IMG/VR virus record: IMGVR_UViG_3300025735_000005
Reading direction: 5' to 3' (one strand)
Origin: a virus
Lineage: Duplodnaviria; Heunggongvirae; Uroviricota; Caudoviricetes
DNA length: 15,026 nucleotides
Each line of letters opens with the position of its first letter. Within the stretch, counting starts at the first letter, position 1. The notes beneath the pieces were generated by a model. It did not search any database. It was not told the DNA's origin and saw nothing but the letters and a program-made list of their open reading frames with translations. Below are positions 1 to 8,295 of the stretch, piece after piece. The translations under genes and the position numbers were made by a program.

Positions 1-35
1 AAAAAAAAGAGGGTTGCACACTCGCACAACCCTTT
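1..35 (-). terminator. Rho-independent terminator
   Basis: Minus strand reads AGGGTTGTGC-GAGT-GTGCAACCCT-CTTTTTTTT: a stem of about 10 bp (two G-U pairs) followed by a U8 tract, just after the stop of the last minus-strand ORF (42). Confidence 0.85.
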
Positions 36-41
36 GATAGT

Positions 42-500
42 TTAATCGTCGTAGTCAGAGAGGCCACGCATAGCCTCGCTGTACCATTCCCAATTATCAA
101 CACCGTTTGCTTCCAAAGCTGACAGCTTCTTTTCAGCAGCTTCCAATTCTTTGAGGCGCTCTTCAGTGATAGTACGCATACCCATGTTGTCAACCTTAAC
201 TATAATCAGTTGTCTGGAGAGTATCATCTTGTAGATGCTATCATAGTCATGATGTCTTTCATAATCATTTACACAAAACACAGTAGCGCCTTGATGAACA
301 CCTAGCAGTTGCCGTGGGCTGTTCACAAATTTAGCATTATTGTGGTTTATGGAAAATAAATTTAGGAATGACTGGAAATCATAACGATTTCTGGCACAAA
401 CAAGATAAAAGTTAGATGTACGCATACGCACAGAACCAACATGTTTTGGAGTGTACAGATGTGGGCTTTTACATTTCCAGCAAAGATTAATGGATTTCAT
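42..500 (-). CDS. Hypothetical phage protein (start uncertain: ATG at 500, 425 or 185/179)
   Basis: The open frame 42..641 overlaps the polymerase 3' end, so the start at 641 is unlikely. The C-terminal LSALEANGVDNWEWY resembles a motif I recall in small phage proteins, and the ORF is followed by a terminator. Confidence 0.6.
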   Translation of the reverse strand: MKSINLCWKCKSPHLYTPKHVGSVRMRTSNFYLVCARNRYDFQSFLNLFSINHNNAKFVNSPRQLLGVHQGATVFCVNDYERHHDYDSIYKMILSRQLIIVKVDNMGMRTITEERLKELEAAEKKLSALEANGVDNWEWYSEAMRGLSDYDD

Positions 501-2478
501 ACCAATTAGCCCCAAGCTTCGGATCACCGCCATCCATAATATCAACCCCAAACATAGCTGGCCCGTCTTTAAAGCATTGGCGCCCGATCTCACCAGCTCT
601 TTGTGCGAACGCGTCAGGCACCAGGAAGTCGGCTTCGTCATGCATAAAGATGCAAGGAATAAACGGAATTCCCTCTGCTTCCAGGCGTTCCATCAACAGC
701 ATAATGGCTGCGCCACACGTTATCTTTTCTGTTGATTGCAGGAGATAGACGAGAAGTTTATGGAAGCTGTCTACATATACACGTGTTCCAGCTAACGAGG
801 GAATATATCCTTCGCCTCGCTTGCTTGTGCTGCTGTAAATACTATCCAGACGCTTCATCAAGTTCTGGAACCCAGGAACTGCTTTAGTAAATCCGGTCTT
901 AAAGCGGGTTCCTTTTTGGTGGTCCTGAACGTCGAAAATATAGCTCCACAGCTTTTTACCTGAAGCACCAAACAAGAATGCATACAGGATTCGCTTAGCG
1001 CGTCCGCGTTTGGCCTTCGCAATAGCCTTCAGTGCATTTGGAGAACCTGATTGCAACCAGGCCTTTTTAGTCTTGTGGCCTTCCCAGCTGTCTGGGTCGT
1101 CTTCCGGAATCTTATTGTTTTCAATCAGCCACGAAGACCAATCCACATTCATATTAGCCAGCACAGCATCTGCTTTGTCGGCATTATACATGTGAATATC
1201 GCCATTCAGCAGGATATCTGTGTACTCTTCATTGCCTAGAAAATGCGCCAGGCCACGTGCCTGATTACCAGCTGAGTCACAACCTACAAGAGTCCATCCT
1301 GGAATGGATTTAAAGAGCTCTCGCATTTCACGGCCGTATCTAGCATCACCCGATGGGATATTGACAATAATACTGTGAGTTGCTCGCATTGATGGAGTGC
1401 CGATTGTTCGGCATTGCCCATGTACGCGACCATTTTCATCAGTATTTTCTAGGAAGCCTTTAAGGATACCGTGGCGGCTTACAGCAGTGAGGTATTCTTT
1501 GTAGAGCTTACCGTCGCCACCCAAGAACTCAAGGCTATCCTCGGAGATCTTCGGTGATGTCTCGACTTTGCGCCCTAACTCCGGATCCCACTTAAAATTA
1601 AATTCAGTAGGCACCCAACCGTTGCGAAATAGGAAAGTTTTAACATCGGCGTTAGACGACAGCTTTAGAGGTTCAATCGTCAAACGGCAATACTCACCAG
1701 CAAGCGGCCTCTCTTCGCCTTCAAAGCCGGAGCAGACGTCTACACCAAACCAATTGGCGGTGTGTACATCATAAAAGCCATTCTTCACCCACTTAGGGTA
1801 CTTGCTGATAGCTTCACCAGCTTTCTTATCCTTTGCGACCGCTTTGAAACCCAAACGGGCTTCTAGTTTTTCAGTGATAGACGCCTTTTCAGCTAGAAGA
1901 ATTTCTTCTAGCTGGAGGCCCTTCTCTGTATCAAACGGCCAACCATGCTCGTAGCACATCGCACACCAGCGAGCAACAGCATGTTCAACTCTCATATAAT
2001 CACGAATGAGAGAGTTGCGCTCAATAGCTTCCAAGAACTCAGCACGAAGCTGGCCGTATACCTGCGCTGTCAGCCGAACGTCTTGCAAGCAGTAGGCCTT
2101 CATCTCCTCGCTATATTGCGAGAAATCATGAAAATCGCCTTTAGGGTAGTTGAGGTGAGCGCCCCATTGGGCAAGGCCATGCCCAGCATCGCCAAAGCGA
2201 CGATAATTCAAAACCTTCGACATAACCAATGTATCATGAATGGTGCATGTCTTCGGGAATGTGAAGCCGAACAGCTTCTTAAGAACATAATTGTCGTAGT
2301 CAATGATATTATGACCGACAACGAGGGTAGCATTATTGAAGACGTCTACCCAGCCCATATCGCCTTCGAGCCAGTAATACATCTTCTTTTCATCGAGGTT
2401 GTATGCGGCAAGAATCCACATACGGCTTACAGTCTTATGCAGACCGTCTGACTCGATGTCGTAGATCCAACGGCTCAT
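487..2478 (-). CDS. Family A (T7-like) DNA polymerase with N-terminal 3'-5' exonuclease, 663 aa
   Basis: ExoI DIESDG, ExoII GHNIIDYD, ExoIII YCLQDV; motif A VGCDSAGNQAR, motif B RGRAKRILYAFLFG, motif C MHDEADF. The start is coupled to the upstream stop (TAATG). Confidence 0.97.
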   Translation of the reverse strand: MSRWIYDIESDGLHKTVSRMWILAAYNLDEKKMYYWLEGDMGWVDVFNNATLVVGHNIIDYDNYVLKKLFGFTFPKTCTIHDTLVMSKVLNYRRFGDAGHGLAQWGAHLNYPKGDFHDFSQYSEEMKAYCLQDVRLTAQVYGQLRAEFLEAIERNSLIRDYMRVEHAVARWCAMCYEHGWPFDTEKGLQLEEILLAEKASITEKLEARLGFKAVAKDKKAGEAISKYPKWVKNGFYDVHTANWFGVDVCSGFEGEERPLAGEYCRLTIEPLKLSSNADVKTFLFRNGWVPTEFNFKWDPELGRKVETSPKISEDSLEFLGGDGKLYKEYLTAVSRHGILKGFLENTDENGRVHGQCRTIGTPSMRATHSIIVNIPSGDARYGREMRELFKSIPGWTLVGCDSAGNQARGLAHFLGNEEYTDILLNGDIHMYNADKADAVLANMNVDWSSWLIENNKIPEDDPDSWEGHKTKKAWLQSGSPNALKAIAKAKRGRAKRILYAFLFGASGKKLWSYIFDVQDHQKGTRFKTGFTKAVPGFQNLMKRLDSIYSSTSKRGEGYIPSLAGTRVYVDSFHKLLVYLLQSTEKITCGAAIMLLMERLEAEGIPFIPCIFMHDEADFLVPDAFAQRAGEIGRQCFKDGPAMFGVDIMDGGDPKLGANWYEIH

Positions 2479-3131
2479 TAGCCCTCAGCCAGCTCCGACA
2501 TACGCGAAACTTCTGGGATTGAAAGCTTATACTGTGAACCATTGTAGGCGTTCTTAGCTACTTTACGCAGGATTTCCGTATCGAGGTATGGCGGCTCAAC
2601 AACACCCAAGATGACATCAACATCTGCCACCTTAATAGGCTTGTATCCGTTCTTTGCGAATGCCGTGGCAAACTTCGTATACCAACAGAACTTCACAATC
2701 TCTTGTGTCTCGTCATCCTTCAAACCCAACCGCGACTGATAGCGGTCTGCCATCAGCATCACAGCATGGTAAAAGGCCTTAGGGTTAGCGCGCCAATATG
2801 GCTTAAGTTGTTGCGTCTCAAGCCACTGAAGATCAATCCCCTCGCCGACGAGGTATCCCTTGTAATGATTTGCGTTGCCCTGCGCATCATAGTTAGCTTG
2901 CATCGTGCCCTCGGATTTCATCTCTTGTACGTTGTTTGCTGCCATTTCTAAATTACCCAGATACTTTTCTAATTCGTCCATGCTGTTAAAGACGGCAGAA
3001 CCGCCAGCGTTAGTTACAATGCTTACGATACCTTTCTTAAAATCATCAGCATGAATCCAGGGCAACTCGACTACAACAGCTGTTCCGCTATTGCTGCTAA
3101 ATGGCGTATAGTATAGTTTGTACATAATCAT
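2478..3131 (-). CDS. Hypothetical protein with a DUF3310-like central domain
   Basis: Segment NANHYKGY...IDLQWLE...RYQSRLGLKDDETQEIVKFCWY resembles the DUF3310 pattern (N.P.HY...R.G.K....Q...K..WY), which is common in phage replication modules. Confidence 0.6.
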   Translation of the reverse strand: MIMYKLYYTPFSSNSGTAVVVELPWIHADDFKKGIVSIVTNAGGSAVFNSMDELEKYLGNLEMAANNVQEMKSEGTMQANYDAQGNANHYKGYLVGEGIDLQWLETQQLKPYWRANPKAFYHAVMLMADRYQSRLGLKDDETQEIVKFCWYTKFATAFAKNGYKPIKVADVDVILGVVEPPYLDTEILRKVAKNAYNGSQYKLSIPEVSRMSELAEG

Positions 3132-3141
3132 CTCCGTTTAA

Positions 3142-3175
3142 AAGGACACCAGCTTTTTACAACTGATGTCCTTTC
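3142..3175 (-). repeat. Conserved stem-loop, copy A (terminator or processing-site candidate)
   Basis: Minus strand GAAAGGACATCAG-N9-GCTGGTGTCCTT followed by TT. The arms pair with G-U wobbles and recur at 10825-10858. Confidence 0.75.
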
Positions 3176-3182
3176 TTGATGA

Positions 3183-3746
3183 TTAAAAGATTTCGCCGGG
3201 GGCGTTCGTTTCAGGGCCTTCAGCCTTCTTTACAAAGCCTTCTTCAGGTGCATTATCGGCCTCATCTTCCGGATCCTTCTGAATCCGCTTCGTAGCCGTC
3301 TTACCAAAGCCGTCTTCACGTGGCTTAGGCGTATACAGAATATGGGTAGTCAACTGGATGCCCATGAGGACAGAGGCAATACCGGGCTTGTTGTCATTTT
3401 CGTAATCGTACTGAAAAATCCGAACATTTGCGATAGAACCATTACCGATCGTGTTAGGATCGACAGGCTCCATATCACCGTCGATTACTTCAGGCGCTTG
3501 ACCAGGCTCGCCATCGGACTTGATAGACTTCTTGCGGAGATTGGTACGCCAATAGAGCAGAGGACCATCTTCGTCTTCACGATGGCCTACGACCTTAAGG
3601 CCTAGAGCGACCCATTCATCTCGTTGAGCCTTGTCCTTAGTACGCAACTGCACTTCCCACGTGGGATTCTTCTTGTTATACTTATCAGAAGGACGCTTCG
3701 GGTCAAGCTTAGCAAAGTGGATTTCACAGTTAAGAAGAATAGCCAT
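3183..3746 (-). CDS. Single-stranded DNA-binding protein (T7 gp2.5-like, putative)
   Basis: Contains VDPNTIGNGSIANVRIFQYDY...GIASVLMGIQLT (gp2.5-like OB-fold pattern) and an acidic C-terminal tail ending in Phe (EIF). It lies upstream of the DNA polymerase. Confidence 0.75.
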   Translation of the reverse strand: MAILLNCEIHFAKLDPKRPSDKYNKKNPTWEVQLRTKDKAQRDEWVALGLKVVGHREDEDGPLLYWRTNLRKKSIKSDGEPGQAPEVIDGDMEPVDPNTIGNGSIANVRIFQYDYENDNKPGIASVLMGIQLTTHILYTPKPREDGFGKTATKRIQKDPEDEADNAPEEGFVKKAEGPETNAPGEIF

Positions 3747-3855
3747 TTATTACCTTTGAAGAGTGTTATAATCCATGTTAAGACTCCCTCTTGGGTATAG
3801 GTCTGGGGAAGAGTGCAGTGTTCCGGTCAGATTTTGCTGCTGCACCCTTCCAGGG

Positions 3856-3870
3856 TTAAGTTAACGGGTT
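3856..3870 (-). promoter_or_regulatory. Candidate phage-RNAP promoter, copy 1 (AACCCGTTAACTTAA)
   Basis: Intergenic 15-mer with 14/15 identity to 11880-11894, upstream of the SSB/DNA polymerase genes and followed by a long hairpin. The function is inferred. Confidence 0.4.
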
Positions 3871-3878
3871 CGTAGAAG

Positions 3879-4487
3879 CTAAAGAAGCATTTCCGCTATA
3901 TGCGCTTCAGTTGTAACGACACCGGTCTTAAGAAATGTAATTTCGTGTCGTGTGAGATTAATTGCGCCATCCGGCAGAGCACCTGCTTGCCATCTACGAT
4001 AGGTTTCTTGTGAGATCGGAATATACCGTTCTACAGGCAAACAAGAGATAGGCGCAATCCGAGATACTTTGGTAAATTCACCACGGGCTGTTTTAATAAC
4101 AGTACCAGCGGCTTTAATTGCGTTTTCCGAGTCTGCAAAAACGCTTCGTGGAACATAATATGAGTTACCGCCAGCGTTATTTGTAGCGAGCATAAACATC
4201 ATCCATTGCTCCGACGCCAAATAGAACGCACAATCAAAGATAGGAACACCATCCAGCAGTGATATGTAATGAGCTCCCGACAATGGCGACAGCCCCATTA
4301 CGTCTTTCAGGTCATCGTACGCTTCCACTATATACACATTACCGCCCAGTAGAGTTGTAAATGTATTAGCGAAAACATCGTATTCACCGAATTCATCCTG
4401 TGAGAGTACAGTACGAAGCTCTAGAAAAACTTCTTCCGGAGCATCGTCATCTTCAAACATTTCAGCGAAGTTTTTATAGATTTTCAT
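3879..4487 (-). CDS. Hypothetical protein (probable start MKIYKNF at 4487)
   Basis: Long ORF. AAGAGGT Shine-Dalgarno precedes the ATG at 4487, just downstream of the RNAP stop (4502). Confidence 0.8.
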   Translation of the reverse strand: MKIYKNFAEMFEDDDAPEEVFLELRTVLSQDEFGEYDVFANTFTTLLGGNVYIVEAYDDLKDVMGLSPLSGAHYISLLDGVPIFDCAFYLASEQWMMFMLATNNAGGNSYYVPRSVFADSENAIKAAGTVIKTARGEFTKVSRIAPISCLPVERYIPISQETYRRWQAGALPDGAINLTRHEITFLKTGVVTTEAHIAEMLL

Positions 4488-4501
4488 AAATACCTCTTGG
4501 G

Positions 4502-5200
4502 TTAGACAAAGCAATACTCTGAATCTAGCACTAGAGACAGATCTAGAGTACCGAATTGCACTTCACTGATATCGCCCTGAATAGCTTCCATAATCTCGCC
4601 AAGCGGATCAGCATAGTACAACTCTAAGAAAGTTTTACGAATTAATTTAAACAGCTCTGGCATATCTGCAAGCAGACAACCAAAGCTATCATGAATTGTT
4701 GTAATTGGAAAATCAGCTTGTGCTACGGTCATTGTCAGATGAGCAGCGTCTAGCGAGTGGATAGCATTAGGGCTAGCTCCTGAGACCTGTTTACCTTTAG
4801 AAGGCACCTGGTCTTCAATAAAGCAAATTGCCAATTGCAGCGTGTTTTCAAAATACCCAGTGCTTGTTCGTGGCCCTTTAGGAGGCCCGTACTGACACCA
4901 AATCTTCTTGACCTTACCTTCAGTGTAATACTGAATTACCGGAAAATTGGTGATGGGAACTGTCCACCCGAGGAATTCTCCGTTTTCTTCAGCCATTCGG
5001 CCAGCATCTTCAAAAACCGATAGAAGCTGCATAGGTCTTTTTAATGATACTCGGCAGTCTTCATATACTAGTCGGCCAAGATAAGAACCCCAGCGATGCT
5101 CCATAAACAGAAGCTTGTCAATACCATGCTTCTTGCTGTCATCGATCTGCTGCTGCCCCAGCCCAAATGGAGTCCCTCCATAAGGTAGTGTCATTACATT
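4502..5200 (-). CDS. T7-type single-subunit RNA polymerase, exon 2 (232 aa)
   Basis: Begins NVMTLPYGG (second half of motif B) and contains SPNAIHSLDAAHL and motif C IHDSFG. It has no plausible independent start; the 24 upstream codons in the ORF track are intron sequence. Confidence 0.93.
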   Translation of the reverse strand, partial: NVMTLPYGGTPFGLGQQQIDDSKKHGIDKLLFMEHRWGSYLGRLVYEDCRVSLKRPMQLLSVFEDAGRMAEENGEFLGWTVPITNFPVIQYYTEGKVKKIWCQYGPPKGPRTSTGYFENTLQLAICFIEDQVPSKGKQVSGASPNAIHSLDAAHLTMTVAQADFPITTIHDSFGCLLADMPELFKLIRKTFLELYYADPLGEIMEAIQGDISEVQFGTLDLSLVLDSEYCFV

Positions 5201-5907
5201 CAAGTGTGTTAAATAGCTTTCGTTACGAGCTATCAACCTAGATTCGCAAATTCGCCATAGTGTAGCAAGCAAACCTCACAATACTTTGCGTAAGCTTCTT
5301 GAGGATCTTTAAAGAATCCTAGAAATTTATTACGCCCTTCAATCTTAATTTGTGCTACCCATTTTTGTTTTTGCTTATGCCAAGAAACACCCTTATAACC
5401 GCTTTTATTATTAGATTGTTTACCGCGATTAAAATGATTTTGTTGATGAGTACACGCTCTAAGATTTTCAGGTATATTATGAGAACGAATCCTATCGATA
5501 TGATCTATTGTCATCCCTTCAGGGATTGGCCCATTAAATTTTTCATAAATAAGACGGTGCTCAAAGTGATACTTTCCAGCAATGAAGATTCCAATATAAC
5601 CATCATTACGCAAAGTACCTGCAATCGAACCAGCCGGCACATTAGAATTAGGGCTATTTATCCAATATAAGTGACCATCACGATATTCAAATAGATCAAT
5701 GTAATCCATATCTACTCTTTCGGTTCTATACATCGCTGTATAGTTCAGACTATATCATATACCAAAGTTGGTACCCGGGCGCTTCGAGCCACTTGGCTCT
5801 ACGTCTTTCGACTAGTCGTTGCACCTTCCTCTTTCGAGGCTTGGCTCAGGATTGTCTACTAGAGAGTTCCCCTGAGTTCACCCGGTTTTACAAGCGCTAT
5901 GCAATTA
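5201..5907 (-). mobile_element. Group I self-splicing intron (IA2-like, 707 nt) with internal homing endonuclease
   Basis: 5' exon ends in U (AAGCGT), intron ends in G (CACTTG). P1: IGS GCGCTTG (5897-5891) pairs with exon CAAGCGT with a U-G pair at the splice site. P10: ATTGCAT pairs with 3' exon ATGTAAT. P4: CTCAGG/CCTGAG. P7: GACTA/TAGTC. Hairpins P7.1, P7.2, P8, P9 (GCGA loop) and P9.2 are present. Removal restores the reading frame. Confidence 0.95.
5233..5709 (-). CDS. Intron-encoded HNH homing endonuclease with C-terminal AP2 domain (about 158 aa)
   Basis: HNH_3-type IDHIDRIRSHNIPENLRACTHQQN, and AP2-like YKGVSWHKQKQKWVAQIKIEGRNKFLGFFKDPQEA. The ATG at 5709 (after GAAAGAG) is preferred over 5733, which lies inside P9. 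Confidence 0.92.
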   Translation of the reverse strand: MDYIDLFEYRDGHLYWINSPNSNVPAGSIAGTLRNDGYIGIFIAGKYHFEHRLIYEKFNGPIPEGMTIDHIDRIRSHNIPENLRACTHQQNHFNRGKQSNNKSGYKGVSWHKQKQKWVAQIKIEGRNKFLGFFKDPQEAYAKYCEVCLLHYGEFANLG

Positions 5908-7449
5908 ACGCTTGACAATCTTTCGTTTCTCTTTAGGATCAGTAATGCCAAGCCAGTATACTGGAGCAGCGAGATCCGCTATAAGCTTGTTTGCTTCTTT
6001 GAATGCCTTGATCTCTTCTACTAGAAATCGGCGTTGCTCGCTACGCGGCTCAGTTGCATGGATTTGCTTCTTGTAGTCAACGAGAGTATCGATGAATATA
6101 TGGCAAGCTTTAATGTCGTCCTCAGTGTATCCAGAAACTTCTTCCTTCAATCTTTCCCAAACGTGATCTGCAACATATTTGTACAAATCACCAGGAAGAT
6201 CTTGTGGCGTCAAATTAACATGAGGCGCTGTTGTTTCGTCTCTGGTCAGTGCTGTAAGATGCTGGGACCCATTGTTAGATCCATCAATAAATACTTCCAG
6301 CGAGGAGTCAAAATTAAAGTTGTTTGTGTCACCACCAGCACGCATCTGCCACATTCGAATTTTCATGAGCTCATTGCAAGCTGCAAGAAATTGCCATGGT
6401 TTATCAGCCTTCATCCAACCTTGATGAACCTTAGGGCTTTCCGCATAACTTAGCAGAATCTCTTCGTTATCCAGCGTCCATAGGTATCGATCGTGCAGTG
6501 GAATTTTATCTGTTTTCGCGCCATCTGGCCGTCCTGCATCCCCAGCCCAATTAGAGGCTATCGAGACGCATAGCCAAAAGAAACCAGCTTCTCCGATGAC
6601 TTTGCTATCATCTCGTAGAAGAAGCCCGCGCGCCAGATCCGAGCCTTGCTCATGAAGGTACGCCGTAGTGGGGTATTTACGTCCCCGGAAGTCATAGTAA
6701 TAAAGATGGTAAAATGTCTTACCGATAAATCTTCTAGCCAAGTCACCGATAACTTTAGACTCCCGCAGTTTTGTTGCGCGGGCGTCAGGATTTTGTTGTT
6801 CCCAGATATCGGAGAATGCATCTGTCTTATTCTTCAAAGCCCACTTCTGAACCTCGTAGATATCCTTATTAATGCGCCAACCTATTTCTTGAGCCTTGTT
6901 TAAACAAGTGAACAGCATTGGATGGGTTTCAGGCGTAATCTGGTCGAGGACATCGCGACTGCCAGTCTTCACCATAGACATACCGTTCTCATGCTTGGTA
7001 GACATCCAAGGCGCATATGGCTCTGTCGCCGGAAGCTTCTCCGAGCGAGCAGACGCAACCGATGACCAAAGTGAACAGATGGTTTCATCGTCTACGACTT
7101 GAACAATATAGGCAGCATGCCCTTTATTACCCTGCCCCAGCGCCATCTTTGTCATCATGAGCTGCTCAAAAGACCACAGTAAAAATGTACCTGTCTTAGC
7201 GGCAAGACCCGAGTCTCTTTTTAATTTTAATTTTGTTCTGACAGAATGCCCAATCGCAGCAACCATTTCGGTAAGGTATAGCGCCGCGTTTCTATTACCC
7301 TTCTTTGCGCGAGTGTGCAGATACACCACAGAAATTAAAGTATCAAGATATTCGTCAATATCATAATTCTTCAAAAACTTAAGAGGGTTACGTGGGGAGA
7401 TCTCGGTGTTAAGCCTAGACTTAATGCTAGCTTTTAGCTTTTCTCTCAT
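5908..7449 (-). CDS. T7-type single-subunit RNA polymerase, exon 1 (514 aa; spliced product 746 aa)
   Basis: Contains YYDFRGRKY, KPWQFLAAC, motif A IDGSNNGSQH, DLYKYVA, and ends KRKIVKR (first half of motif B). AGGGG Shine-Dalgarno and ATGA coupling at the start. Confidence 0.95.
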
Positions 7450-7589
7450 TTAGCCCCTAGTACAATTTTCAAAGCGACGAGTACCGCTATAAATCCAGTA
7501 ATCCATGTCAAAGCCTGTGCTACAATAGCAAATACAATAATAAACAATAGGCTTTTACACAGAAGGTTGGAAGGGGTAATGCTCGCCAC
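7446..7589 (-). CDS. Small membrane protein, 47 aa (not in ORF track)
   Basis: AAGGAG Shine-Dalgarno then GTG. Translates as MASITPSNLLCKSLLFIIVFAIVAQALTWITGFIAVLVALKIVLGAK; the stop overlaps the RNAP ATG (ATGA). Confidence 0.7.
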   Translation of the reverse strand: MASITPSNLLCKSLLFIIVFAIVAQALTWITGFIAVLVALKIVLGAK

Positions 7590-7604
7590 TTATGCTCCTT
7601 GGTT

Positions 7605-7685
7605 TCAGATTTTGTTCATCGTCATCATAAACATCAAAGCGCAGATACCGCCAGCCAAGAGAGGCAGACTGTACAAGAGATACAT
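7605..7685 (-). CDS. Possible 26-aa hydrophobic peptide
   Basis: MYLLYSLPLLAGGICALMFMMTMNKI fills the gap between neighbouring genes; no strong Shine-Dalgarno. Confidence 0.35.
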   Translation of the reverse strand: MYLLYSLPLLAGGICALMFMMTMNKI

Positions 7686-7695
7686 ATCAAAGGTT

Positions 7696-8016
7696 CTATG
7701 CGGCCGACGCCTTGAGCGACGCCATGACCAACGCAAAAGCGGCGTAATTTGCTGTTGCTTCATGTCCTTTAACTCTTGCCGTATGTTTTCCGAGCTCATC
7801 TTCACAAATCTCAAATGACACACGGCGGCCATCAGGTAAGGTTGGCAGAAGCATCATAGCGGTGTCCATATTCTGGGTATACCGATACGGTCCCATTGGC
7901 TTCGCGCCTGGTAGTAGCTTGTGAATAGCCGCGCAAATTACGTATTCGTCTTGCTCGTGCTGCCACCCTTTCTGGCATAAGTCTATTACAGATTTTATTG
8001 TATCCTTATCAAACAT
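7696..8016 (-). CDS. Hypothetical protein, 106 aa
   Basis: Protein-like composition. YTQNMDTAMMLLP...FALVMASLKA loosely resembles lambda-Nin/ABA-sandwich-type small phage proteins. Confidence 0.7.
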   Translation of the reverse strand: MFDKDTIKSVIDLCQKGWQHEQDEYVICAAIHKLLPGAKPMGPYRYTQNMDTAMMLLPTLPDGRRVSFEICEDELGKHTARVKGHEATANYAAFALVMASLKASAA

Positions 8017-8095
8017 ATACTACTCGACAAAAATATTAACGAAAAGTCCGTTTATAGTCTGGACGGGACTTGCTCTGGAGAGCATGGGTGGCCTT

Positions 8096-8293
8096 TTAAC
8101 GTCGTGCCGAGGACGTGGCTGCTGTGAAACTAATGCATAGCGTTAGTACCACAACAAGCCCTTTGAATACAGCAAACGTGGCTGCTGTGAGCTTATAGAA
8201 ACCAACCGCTGGCACCTTCCACAGCAGGAAACCAAAAAGAAGGACGCTAACAATGCATAAACTATGTGTTAGCGCCCTAATTGCAAGTGGCAT
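8096..8293 (-). CDS. Small membrane protein, 65 aa
   Basis: ATG 2 nt after the upstream TGA; two hydrophobic stretches (MPLAIRALTHSLCIVSVLLFGFLLW...GLVVVLTLCISF). Confidence 0.5.
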   Translation of the reverse strand: MPLAIRALTHSLCIVSVLLFGFLLWKVPAVGFYKLTAATFAVFKGLVVVLTLCISFTAATSSARR

Positions 8294-8295
8294 GG

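Noticed and set aside
487-2478. DpoZ or other modified-base polymerase
   Set aside because: No purZ, datZ or other base-modification genes are in the window, and no diagnostic motif can be supported by eye.
4502-5272. ORF-track 256-aa protein as an independent second RNAP subunit (N4-like split RNAP)
   Set aside because: The first 24 codons overlap the HNH end and intron P9.2 and have no Shine-Dalgarno. The break falls mid-motif B exactly at group I splice sites, so splicing explains it better.
5201-5907. RNAP pseudogene or assembly frameshift
   Set aside because: Both exons are intact with all catalytic motifs, and the insert has a complete, precisely paired intron core.
8044-8070. Terminator-like hairpin before the 7696-8016 gene
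   Set aside because: The stem is short and bulged with an 11-nt loop and only four U residues, and it may lie within a 21-codon ORF; too weak to call.
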